Shown one piece after another: positions 52,401 to 64,000 of a stretch of 64,000 nt of DNA. This DNA comes from Octopus sinensis (Eukaryota), in the NCBI RefSeq assembly GCF_006345805.1, contig NC_043012.1:19282001-19346000 (forward strand), in the 5' to 3' direction. Numbering within the stretch: position 1 is the stretch's first letter; every line of letters starts with the position of its first letter. The notes under the pieces are model-generated. The model did not search any database, had not been told where the DNA came from, and saw nothing but the letters and a program-made list of their open reading frames with translations. The translations under genes were made by a program, and so were the position numbers.

Positions 52401-53460
52401 CTCCGCGCGATATGTGGGGTGGTCAGATTCAGAAAGGGGTAGTTCCAGTGGGTCGCAATTTGCTGATGTTTTTTGTTCCTCTGGCAAAAGCTATGTTGTT
52501 TGGGTTTTTGTATGCGCTGTGGTGAGGGTTGTGGTCAGTACCTCTGTTGTTGTTTTTCGTGTAGTTGTTGTTGTTAGTGGTGGTGGTGTTTTTGCTGCAG
52601 CCCACTCTGCATTCTTTTCTTGGGTTTTCTTCTCTTATTGGGATTGCTTTTATTGTTGAGGTTGCTTCAGTTGTTGTGGTGTAGGTGGTGCCCACCTTCT
52701 GTTTTAGTTGTGGGCAGAAGGCTTTCAAGTGGTTATTCTGTCCGCATTGATATCTTCTTAGTCTCCTTCCCTCAACTGTGACGTTCAGCATACAGCCATC
52801 TGGAAGGCTGAGTTGGTCAGGAATTTGCTCCCAAATGTCTTGGTTTATTTTGATTATTATGTGTAATTCCTGACCAGTCCAGTTGCCTTTTCCTTGTTTC
52901 TCGACTTGGATGATTCTGATTTTATCTTCCAAGTCGAGGAGGGCGAATGGGACAATCCAGCAACGTTCATTTCTGGCGGTAGCGCCAGTATTTTTATCCT
53001 GGTGTCCCTCTGTCCCAGGTATGTTGGAATTCGGACAAGTTTTTTTTTATGGCGGTTTCTAAACGTCTACTTTTTAAAGATATAGTTTTGTACACTACGG
53101 TACGTTTGTTTGTCTTGCCTATAATATCTGGAGGTGTGTTTATCGAAACACATCTTTCCCTCATTTTAATATGTTTCCGTGGTGTTTGGGAGATTCTACT
53201 GAAACATTAATGAATTCAACGCTAAGTTTTCCAATTGAAGCAAAACCCCGACTGTTTAATGCATTGGGTTGTTTTTGTTCTTGTGTGTGTTAAAGGTGTC
53301 AGTGTTAGTGGTAGTGGTGAGAGGGCTTGGATGCAAACATTGAGAGTTTAAATTGAAAATACCCCCAAAAGGGTAAAAGTTCCGACTAACCGCTCGGCTA
53401 AGCAAGAGCCCAGTCGGCCTAGAGTCAGAACCGTTGTAAAAGTTTTTAGATACAACAATA
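49440..53460 (-). mobile_element. Degenerate two-ORF L1-clade (Tx1-like) LINE
   Basis: ORF1 with zinc-knuckle remnant VTVEGRRLRRYQCGQNNHLKAFC (~52714-52780); APE IGCINIRGL..IDVIAITE and TW..SRTYLDRIF; RT NM LNDDMKMLVKVLAKRL, LDQSKIFD, VRQGCPHSSLLYALIPEPL; many stops and frameshifts. Confidence 0.9.
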
Positions 53461-53541
53461 TTGTCTGTAAAAATTGAACATTAACTCACGAGCACATGCC
53501 CTTCCTCTTTGAAATCCATGAGCAGAGTCCAATAATACTAA

Positions 53542-53579
<38 letters not shown>

Positions 53580-53732
53580 ATAATAATAATAATAATGATG
53601 ATGATGATGATGATGATGATTATAATAATATTGTTGTAGTTGTTATTATCATTATCGTTATTATTATTATTATTATTATTAATATCATTTTTATCATTAG
53701 TAGTAGTAGTCGTAGTAGTAGTAGTAGTAGTC

Positions 53733-53774
<42 letters not shown>

Positions 53775-53780
<6 letters not shown>

Positions 53781-54140
53781 ACTTGGTAGGAGTAGTGTTT
53801 TTTGTGTTTTGTTGGTTTTGCTGTTGTAATTTCAAATAGTCTGTAAGTTGGTTCATGTTCTCTTAAGCTGGTAGATATAGCATCTTGAATACAGCCAAAT
53901 GACACCATATTCTTTAAATATAGACTCATTAGGATTTGGGATCCTAGATACCGTGAATCAATATTTAAAAAAAACTAGATTTTTACGTCTGATAGACATT
54001 TTAGCATGTGGATGATTGTATCAAGTTGATATAGAGGTCAGCACTAACAACGTAAAACGCAGTAGGATGTCATTATAATGCCTGTAATGTTTATGTTAGA
54101 AGAATATTCGGCATGAATCACGTCTTCTGTAGTTAAGCTT
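53775..54140 (+). repeat. ~350-bp direct repeat, right copy
   Basis: Matches 48895-49250. Confidence 0.9.
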
Positions 54141-54835
54141 CTTCATGAAATTCACGAGATAAAATAAATTAGAATTTAAGTCTACAAGAGCATATGTAAT
54201 TTTCAGATTTTATCGCAATTTTTACGAAATATTTTAGTGTTTTAGAGAAATTTAGTTATGTGGTGATGCAAGTTTTTGAGCATGAAGAATTTGGCTTATT
54301 GAAAATAGCGTTCACGTGTTCAGCAACATTTCATACAACCATTTGGCGTTATACATATCTCTAGAAAAAGAGATGATCATGGATGATATGCTTTCTAACT
54401 TTAGTCCGTCTGCCAAAACTAGAGTTTGAATTTGCTTGGAGAACATATACAAATACATATAGTTATAACGTACGATTATTATGACGGGATGTCAGTTTCA
54501 TATGATATTCACGCAGGAGAAACCGACGCTGCTGCTACTGCTGTTGATGATGATGATAATATTTGTAAATCTGTGAAGGTAGCGTCGTGAAAGCGCATTT
54601 CATAAGAGATTCAAACGGAAGTAATTTTTTCCAGATGGAGAGAGTATTTAGCATGGAAATAACATAAATATGTTATGAAATGCTCTTGCTTGTTCACTGA
54701 GTAATCATAGAAGAGTTTTGCTAAACAAAGGTTACTATAATTATTTCCATTGAAATATTTACATACATGAATACTACCTCAAGAATCAAACGTTACTGAA
54801 AGTACAACAATATTAATATATATATATATATATTA

Positions 54836-54905
<70 letters not shown>

Positions 54906-54970
54906 GTAGGTCCCGGGTTGATTCGGGGTTAACCACAGTAAATAAGGTACTCAATACATAGTAGAGTAAA

Positions 54971-55105
54971 ATTAATTTATTATATAGAAGGAGCTTCTAC
55001 AGGACTAGAACTGTTTCATTCAAGAGAAATCTTCAGGAAGCTTCCTGAAGATTTCTCTTGAATGAAACAGTTCTAGTCCTGTAGAAGCTCCTTCTATATA
55101 ATAAA

Positions 55106-55110
<5 letters not shown>
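54971..55110. repeat. Perfect 140-bp spacerless palindrome within a (TA)n-flanked element (54905-55110)
   Basis: The 70-bp arm 54971-55040 is the exact reverse complement of 55041-55110; the axis lies in AAGCTT. Confidence 0.97.
55039..55089 (+). ncRNA. Type I hammerhead ribozyme (mirror copy on the minus strand at 54992-55042)
   Basis: Stem I AGCUUC/GAAGCU; CUGAAGA; stem II (U.U)UUC-UCUU-GAA; GAAA; stem III CAG/CUG with 8-nt loop containing CUAG; GUA cleavage after 55083. Confidence 0.7.
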
Positions 55111-55171
<61 letters not shown>

Positions 55172-55224
55172 ATATATATTTATATAGATAGATAGATATA
55201 TACATATATACATACATGCATATA

Positions 55225-55272
<48 letters not shown>

Positions 55273-55429
55273 TCTAAGCATCCTATTGTGATAAAATCGA
55301 AATATAAAGAACACCAGGCGGGTTAAATGTACTCTTACATTTAAGCAGACACAGTGTACAATATATTACTTTTATCGTTACACACAACGTGATCAGTAGT
55401 ATTAATATTATCATGAGCACCCCCCTCCA

Positions 55430-55528
55430 CCATCACCTTCTGTCATCAGCATCACCATCGTTACAATCATGGTTGCCGTGATTGTGAATATTGTCACTAT
55501 AGTAATAGTAATAATAATAATAATAATA

Positions 55529-55567
<39 letters not shown>

Positions 55568-55591
55568 ATGGTGGCATTAGTAGTAGTAGTG

Positions 55592-55623
<32 letters not shown>

Positions 55624-55903
55624 GGTGGTGGTAGTAGAAGTAGTAGTGGTGGTAGTATTAGTAGTAGTAATAGTAATGGTGGTGGTGGTGGTGGTGGTGG
55701 TAGTAGAAGTAGTAGTGGTGGTAGTAGTAGTAGTAGTACTAGTAATAGTAATGGTGGTGGTGGTGGTAGTAGAACTAGTAGTGGTGGTAGTAGTAGTAGT
55801 AGTGGTAGTAGCAGTAGTAGTAGTAGTAGTAGTAGTAGTTGTAGTAGTAGTAGTAGTATTAACTGTAATATTGGTAGTAGTCGTGTTTTTGTTGTTGTTT
55901 CAG

Positions 55904-55935
<32 letters not shown>

Positions 55936-55945
55936 GGTGGTGTAG
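55430..55945. repeat. Compound trinucleotide microsatellite (ATT/GTA/GGT/GTT)
   Basis: Direct reading. Confidence 0.95.
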
Positions 55946-56786
55946 CAGTTGTCGAAGCGACATCAGTATGAATAGCAATAGTCGTTGTGGCATAACGCAA
56001 GCATTTTGTACCAAAGAATGCAGATAACCAGATGTATTGGAATAAATGAAACTAATTCATACATGTGAGGAAGGAAAATAAGTAAATAAGTAACTGAATA
56101 AAATTGGAGAGATATGTAATTTTCAGATTCCATCTCCTTTGAAATTCAATATCATGGTAGCATCAACGTATAGTTTCCATTTAATTATTGCAGAAAGGAA
56201 TCGCATTTTATTTATTCATTGATTTGTAGGATTTATAAAACACTTCATGAAATATTCCGAATGAATAAATGGATTCCAACATTTAAATACATTATGCTAG
56301 AAATAAATTGTTACCATTTTTTTTTATTGTTGATTAGTGATTTATAAATTAGGTATTATTCCTCTTAGTGAAATTTTAATCTACTTCCCTATTATATTTT
56401 TGCGAACAGTAAATGGGCAATATCATCACATATTGAATCAAATAATAAAAGCGTACGCGTTGCGCTCTCAATTCCCTTGGTATAAAAATCACGTTTTTAA
56501 AAACGAAAATTTTGATAATTCACTCCAGTTTACTTTATAAATATATTTATTCGATTCTTCAAAACAATTGCAATAAATATGGTAGCTCGGAGTTATGGAA
56601 TATTGAAAATCACTAATTATTAAAAAGAATCGGATCATTGAATATTCACAGTGAACGCATATTGTACAATACGTACAAATAGCATCGTTGCCATGTTTAA
56701 ATAATTTAGCAAAAGTTACAAACACCATTAACTAAACCAGCAATACATTAAGCGTCATTTCCTCTTCATATGACACATTGTAAAGT

Positions 56787-56860
56787 TATTCACTCTATTG
56801 AATTGATCTCTACCAAATTTTGCAAATATGTTCTCTTAAAGCCATTAGTGTATGTGGGAG

Positions 56861-56937
<77 letters not shown>

Positions 56938-57007
56938 CCACATACACAAATTACTTAAGAGAACATATTTGCAAAATTTGGTAGAGATCAATTAAATAGA
57001 GTGAATA
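56787..57007. repeat. 221-bp palindrome: ~75-bp unique arms around (TA)n
   Basis: tattcactctattgaattgatctctaccaaattttgcaaatatgttctcttaa is mirrored by ttaagagaacatatttgcaaaatttggtagagatcaattaaatagagtgaata. Confidence 0.92.
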
Positions 57008-57191
57008 GCTCTCCTTTTTTTCTCTCCTTTTTTCTCGCCTTGTTTCTCTCGTTGTTTTATGTGTCCTTTTATGTAGAAGAGCGTAGGCTCGAAAGGTAAA
57101 AGACTTTTTCTATTCCTGAGCGTTATACTAATACATCTGTTTGTTTTGTACACCACCTGTCTTTGTCTTTTGTTCTTTTCGTAAACTCTCC

Positions 57192-57192
<1 letters not shown>
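57008..57192 (+). mobile_element. Second copy of the 22228-22415 Penelope-like terminal element
   Basis: gagcgtaggctcgaaa.gtaaaagactttt..tattcctgagcg.tatactaatacat.tgtttg is shared with 22295-22370. Confidence 0.6.
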
Positions 57193-57230
<38 letters not shown>

Positions 57231-57290
57231 ATATATATACTTTTATATATTTGTTGTGCAAGATTTTATATGTGAAGTCGTGTGTTGAAA

Positions 57291-57704
57291 GAGATATTGT
57301 TATATTTCGGAATGGTCATTTTGCCAGTTTAGCCAATAGAATTCCACGCACTATATATTTGGTATTACTTTGCTTCAGTGTTATTTATTTTTACAGTAAT
57401 CTTAATCTTATTTCGGCCAGAGTTCTTTCGTCACATCCTATGACCGCATCAGTGGTCCTTTGTTTTCTTCTTTCTTATTTGTGTCTCTCCTTACTAACCG
57501 TCAGCCATTTTGTATTTCAATTGTATGTCTTCATTTGCGCATGCTTATACCTCTATGTGCGTCTATATGACGAAAGACCTCTGGCCGAAATAAGATTAAG
57601 ATTAATGTAAAAAATAAATAACACTGAAGAAGAGTAACACCAAATATATAGTGCGTGTGATTTTATTGGCTAAACTAGCAAAATGACCATTCCGAAAGAT
57701 AACA

Positions 57705-57709
<5 letters not shown>
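57291..57709. repeat. Inverted repeat with ~143-bp arms and ~125-bp spacer, (TA)n-flanked
   Basis: 57291-57436 vs the reverse complement of 57565-57709, about 90% identical by eye. Confidence 0.9.
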
Positions 57710-57751
<42 letters not shown>

Positions 57752-57755
<4 letters not shown>

Positions 57756-58075
57756 TACTCTTTACTCTGTTACTTGTTTCAGTCATTTAACTGTTGCCAT
57801 GCTGGAGCACCACCTTTAGTCGAGCAAATTGACCCAAGGACTTATTCTTTGTAAGCCTAGTACTTATTCTATCGGTCATTTTTGCCGAACGGCTAAGTTA
57901 CGGGGGGGACGTAAACACACCAGCATCGGTTGTCAGACGATGTTGGGGTGACAATCACAGACACACAAAGACACCCATATATATATATATATATATATAC
58001 ATATATTCGACGGGCTTCTTTCAGTTCCGTCTACCAAATCCACTCACAAGGCTTTGGTTAGCCCGAGGCTATAGT
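57752..58075 (-). mobile_element. SINE family S2, head missing
   Basis: Matches 18420-18710. Confidence 0.8.
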
Positions 58076-58223
58076 ATAATTCATAGTCGTTGGACATTTC
58101 TTAAGTATGCTAGCCACCTCACCACTGGTTTAAATTAATATTAATTACTAATATTAATTTCTACCCTCATTATTTAACTTTTATATATTTACACACACAC
58201 CACACACACACACACACACACAT

Positions 58224-58331
<108 letters not shown>

Positions 58332-61009
58332 TGCATTGAATTTGAAAATAAGGTATGGCAAAAACTATTGTCTTTTTTTTTAATTTCTAGCCATCTCCTC
58401 ATGCCGGAAACATAATTTTCTCGTTGACACTTCATGTACATCTTTTTCTATTGATAGCTTTATGCTTGACAAGTGATTAAAATATGAGATGTTAATCGTA
58501 ATTTGATTCACTGGTACACTTCTCAATATGAAAAAGATACATATTACCTCAGGTAGGGTATCACTCGCGTAAGGTAATTATTGGAATAACTTGATTTGAT
58601 AGCCATAAGCAAGACTTAGTCTTTTGGAGCAGGTAACATTATAATATCTGATATGGAGGGATTAGTGTCAAGCAGCTTCTTCACAATTAGTAATGCTTTT
58701 ACATATATAAAATTACGTACATAAAATCATATTAGATGCCAGATTATTTTTTCTATTCAATACAGAATGTTTCTAATAACGTATAACATAATTAAATTTA
58801 GCAAATATTTCGCTCCGTAGCAACCAAAAAGTTGTAATTATTACTATCCTTATTTAGGGGCTACTGAAGAATTAGAAGCAGCGAGTGCATTTTGATAAAC
58901 CTCAATAAAACACATTAAACTACCCTCTAAATTACCGACACCCTTATGGTTGTCGGTACGTTTATACATTAACAAGTAAGCCATGTTGTTTCCTCAATTA
59001 AACTCATTGCAATTAGGGATTTTCGTCAAACCGACAGCTCAGTTCATATTCGAGTGGTTGCCTTCTTCTGCTGTGGCATATATATTTATATTCCATCAAT
59101 TAAGGCACATGATAGTTCCATGTCATGGTAAATGCAAGCATTTATTAACTTGATATTCACCCATGCAAAACGTCGTCCTTAATAATAGCAAGAAAAGACG
59201 TTTTATTGTTATATATACATCTGGTAGAATCTTAACTACCAACTTAGCATCGTAAAAGCGTCCGAATAAATGCTTTGTGGAATTTTATAGTGTCACGCTA
59301 CTTTCTGAGTGAAGATGCCGATCAAGACAATATGTTTTGTATTTTTAGGGTTAATAAATTACAATTCCAGTTACGTAATCTTCTATGCAAGACTTTTGGT
59401 TATACAATTAAGATTTGATTTGTCAAGTAGCAATAAAATGTGGTCTATAATATTTACGCCACATGCAATAATACCATCAAGGAGGTTTTCCCGTTATAAT
59501 CCACCTATCTCTTTCACTCGATATCCCTGTGAGGCCGTGGGACATATAGTCCTCAAGTCGTTCCTCCATAACAGTCTAAGTGATGCAACCGGTTAGATTC
59601 TCAAGTATTACCAGTTGAGATCATGGGTATTATACAACAACCTCGTCATTATTCTACCCAATATCTGCTGCAGGGTGGCTCGGCTTGAAGAATTCGTCTT
59701 GCTATTTCTTACTACCACATTTCAAACATTTGTCCTGTCTATCGGAAAAGTGGCATTTCAATGTGAAGAAGTAGCAGCTTGAACTTGAGAAATTACATGA
59801 TCTCCAAGTTACTGGCGTTTTTCTAGAGACCGTGTGGGGGATTTAAAAAAAATTTTGCCGCTTGAATTGAGGACAGTAATCTTTCCGCCATTAAGCAAGA
59901 TCTATGACCAAAGATGAGGTTCTACACGGAAACCTAATTGAAAAGAGTGAATTTAAGATTTTTTGTCCTCTTCTGAGAAATGAATAAAGAAGACGATGCA
60001 TTCTTCTATCATCCAATTCAACCACTTGTTACAACCAGTATTGAATATTGTTCAGATTTCCTGAATGTTCACTTATTTAGGTGAATTTCCACTCAGCATT
60101 AATTTTCATTCCTAATTTGCAGCACTCACGTCATGCTGGAGATCATGTTTCAAAATGGTTGCCAAAGTCAATCCAGGTCATAGAAAGCACGAAAAGAGGG
60201 AGAAATCAGCGAATGTGTATGTGCGATGCTAGTTATATCTGCACAGGCGGTATTGGAGATAATCATAAACCACCGATTGTCAGATCTCACTAGGTGGAAG
60301 GGTTTACCTCATGAAACTTAGGCTGAAAGAAACACCGCATTAACTGTTCAAAATATAAATTTCAAGTAGCGAAATCACTGCAGCTTTAGATTTAATTAAG
60401 ATTGAGCCATTTATCCAACGAAAAAAATTGCATGCACATGTTGTCCTCAATCATCGTTCGTGGAAAGGAATAAGTCCTTGAACTTAATGCGAATGGAAAG
60501 GTATTCGTATACGTCTGTATAAATGAGATAATTCCTTTAAGAACACATTCTTCTAACGCGGGCATATCCAGGATTATACGTAGTATAGGCACACTTTGAT
60601 AACAGTTCGTTTAATAGATCTTGTTATCGTTTCGTGCTCTTTCATTCTCTCCTGAAAGAATGTCTATAGAGAGAGATGGGGCTATCAACTGATTACCATC
60701 AAGATGTCTACCTGAGAGAGAAACACAAAAAAGTTTAACTCCAGTATGATTCAACCCGGCAGAACATTCGCTTCTGAGACTACCACCACCACTAATGCCA
60801 AATAAAATGTTAAAACAAAATGACTAGTGAATCCATCGCCGTAAGTTCGCCTGCACTGAGTACCCTATATACAAGTATTGTTTCGAGATTTCAGGAAATT
60901 AAAAAGAAACTTAGCTTGTCTGAACGAAACGTAAAATTGAATATATGACAATGCATTCAAAATATATATGATAAAAGTACATTATAAATCCATTGATATA
61001 GAAATTGGA

Positions 61010-62040
61010 AAATTGAGTGATCCTCGAAACAGCAAAATAAAAAGTACCCTGTGCAGCCATGCAGTCCTGAACTTCTCAGCCACTGATGGGTTGTTTCTTC
61101 GCTTACATCAACATTTCAACTTCGACATATACACTGTTCAAGCGCAGGCCTCTGGCTCCACCGCTCTTCAGTTTGTTTCCACCCGTTCTTTTTTGCAGTC
61201 TCCTTGATGCGTTTTGGTTCTTTTCGTGCACTTGTTTGCAGGATCTTCATCAGATTCAGGGCTAATGCCAAGTTCCCTTGCAAATTTTCAAGCTTCCATG
61301 ATAATAGGATGGGACTTTTTGCAGCTGTCGGGCTTGCACAAAAGACGCAGCATCCAGTCCTCTATACTTAATAAGTATTTGTCCATTCTTATAGTAGAAG
61401 TCCTGTAGCACAATTCTACCTGGATTATTCCCTTTCCCCATCATTTCTAGGTAAGTACACTCGATCAGCGTCTCCTTTTCGTTGGTGCATGTTCTTAGAT
61501 GTTAATAATTGTCAGTTAGTGATGTTAAAACTGTGGGTGTTAATGAGTTCGATGCGATAATTGGAGTTGAGTTCCGTCTTTAGTATGTGTCGTTTTTTCT
61601 ATGACAGTCCTTTCAAATTATTTCCCTCATAGTAGCATGCGATATACCATTTCCATCGTTTATCACCAGGTATTTATAGCTTCCAGTTGGCTCATTGATG
61701 GTAGTGTCGGTATCTAATTTATAGGAAGCTGTATGCTTGAGCCTTCGTCTTATAAAAGCTTCTTTAGCACAATTATGAAGGCCCAAATATATCCCGATGT
61801 CATTGCTGAACTCTTTAACAGTTGTTAACAGCCCTACTAGCTCTTCGGCATTTCTAGAAAACAGTTTCAGATCGTCCATATAAAACAGATGATTTACTAT
61901 AATATTATACATTTGGAACCTATGCCTGGTGTTACTCAGTTCGTTTGAAAGTGGGATCAGTGTCTTGCAGAAGACTAATGGGGAGAAGGAGTCACCTTGA
62001 AAGATGGCTCGTTTGATGTTGATGTTGTTAGACTGGCTCT
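61010..62040 (-). mobile_element. R4/Dong-clade non-LTR retrotransposon RT fragment
   Basis: RAIFQGDSFSPLVFCKTLIPLS; NHLFYMDDLKLFS..VKEFSNDIG..GLHNCAK..SYKYL; downstream DADRVYLPR.DGER remnant. Confidence 0.85.
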
Positions 62041-62056
62041 ATTATTATTATTATTA

Positions 62057-62111
<55 letters not shown>

Positions 62112-62117
62112 GCCATT

Positions 62118-62320
62118 AAGACGGCGAGCTGGTAGTATTTATGGACGAAATACTTAGCGGTATTTCTCCCGTCGCCTCGTTCTGAGTTCAAATTCCGCCG
62201 AATTTGCCTTTAATCCTTTTGGGATCGATTAATCAAGTACCAGTAAAACACTGAGTCGATGTATTCGACTTGTCCCCTCCCCAACCATTTCATGCCTTGT
62301 GCCTAAAGTACAAAGGGTTA
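62118..62320 (+). mobile_element. S1-related SINE
   Basis: acggcgagctggtag...gaaatacttagcggtatttc...ttctgagttcaaattccgccga. Confidence 0.75.
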
Positions 62321-62357
62321 CTATTATTGTCGTTGTGGTTGTTTTGTTATTCTGAAG

Positions 62358-62550
62358 GCGTCAAACTGGCAGAATCTTTAACACGCCGGAGAAAATATTG
62401 AGTGACTTCTCGTTCAACACTACATTTTGAGTTCCATTTCTGCCGCGGTAGACTTTGCTTTTCATCCTTTTTGGGTCGATAAAATAAGTACCAGCTCAGC
62501 ACTGATGCTGACGTAATCGACTTCTCCACATAAAATTTCAAGCCTTCTGA
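62358..62550 (+). mobile_element. S1-related SINE, second tandem copy
   Basis: ggcgtcaaactggcagaatc...gactttgcttttcatccttttgggtcgataaaataagtacc. Confidence 0.7.
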
Positions 62551-64000
62551 CTGAAGAAAAACAAGAAGGTCAGAAGTTGTTTAGTCGGAAAAATTCCAAG
62601 TGAATTCACTTTAATTATTTATCTTTCCACTGCGGCTGATAAAATAAGCGTTGGTATAATAATGACTGCATAGAATGGACTCTATTTACGAAGTAAACAT
62701 TTAATGAAAAAAAGTTTGTCTTCTAATAAATTAAAACGAGCCACCGTTTAAACAAAAAGAAAAAAAAAACGAAGAAAAACGGACTTGAATTTTTTTAAAC
62801 AACACACAAAGAGAATGCCTTAATATTCACAAGTGAATTTATTGTGCATTGTTCACTAAATAAAAGAGAATGTAAACATAGACAGCAAAAAAGAGATATG
62901 GATACAAATAGAGAATGGTACACAATAGGAAAATGTAGAGATAGAAATTAAATCCTTCCCAAGCATGTAATTCAGATGAAAAGTGAAATGCTTACATTGG
63001 TAATCACTAAACACACAATAGAAAAATATTTCTTGCAATCCATTGATTATTTCAATATTTGAACGGAATTTTGCAACTTAAGTGATCGGTGAAATTTTGG
63101 AGACATACCAACGAGAGATTAATTTAGCCTAAGCTCTGGGATTTATATAAAATTCTAAGAGGTTTAATTTAATTAAAAGCCAAATTATTTTGTCATTGTT
63201 TATCAACACAATCAGATTTCTCGTTGTTTCAGAAACAATGCATTTAAGTTGTGATTAAATAAAAGTATGTCTGGGGCGAACATGCCAGCAATTTTCAATT
63301 AAAATAAGATCTCAACGTACAGTTCTCCATATTTACACTTACATAAAAACAGACAGAAATATACGCACGCACATCCGGTTTTAGAATTTTGTATTATTAC
63401 GTTTTGCCATGTTACATTTTAAAAAATTTTACCTATTAATTTTCTAATACATAATTTCAAATTTTTTAAGATAAATACACTAATTCAAGTATTAGCGTCC
63501 TTATCTTAAAAGAAAATATTATATACAAATACAGCTGTTAACTAGTAATATATTATTTTACATTCTTAAAATATTTAGCACAATGGACTTCCTTGTTTAG
63601 TTTCAGTTAATCTTCATGTCCTATTCTCTAAAATTGTATTTGAAAAGATACAACAAAAATTTTAAAACGCAATTATTATTTTTGGCCAAATTCCGCAGGC
63701 TGTCATGTTCATGCGACAGTGGGTTACAAATATGGATGTAAGGCTACTGTATTTATGAAGTCAGGAACCCACCTTATCTCGATCGATATTTTTTGTTCAT
63801 GTACCAATTTTTGGTTAAATCTTGAACCATGAATATCTGTAAAGGATTTTATAACTTTTGGCAAATACGTCACAAATCAAATCAAATCAAATGCATATCC
63901 GTACAATAAGGGAAACAGGCAAACTGGCGACTTCCGTTGTCTGTTATATATTTGTGTAGTGTATTGCTCCGTGAAGGTAAGATCAACAAAAAGTCTTCCA

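Noticed and set aside
59400-60600. Possible exons or old transposase fragments
   Set aside because: Stops in all frames and no motif I could assign.

Overview
AT-rich, microsatellite-dense eukaryotic DNA with no host-gene exon I can support. The SINE repertoire suggests an octopod cephalopod (inference). The window is mostly decayed mobile elements: four mariner remnants, one Tc1, piggyBac-type and other MITEs, fragments of Tx1/L1-, Hero/NeSL-, R4/Dong- and RTE-type LINEs, and many tRNA-derived SINEs. The main observation is at 39.5-46 kb, where two adjacent, unrelated non-coding tandem arrays (546-bp and ~491-bp units) each sit in (TA)n and each flip orientation midway. Every unit carries one type I hammerhead-ribozyme fold, 7 copies in the first array and 5 in the second. 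A third hammerhead family lies on both strands of a perfect 140-bp palindrome at 55 kb, and minimal or degenerate hammerhead-like motifs occur at 22.3, 25.6 and 57.1 kb. Together these suggest a retrozyme/Penelope-pLTR-like system associated with TA microsatellites. The folds were derived by hand and activity is untested. The array copy number and inversions could partly be long-read assembly artefacts.
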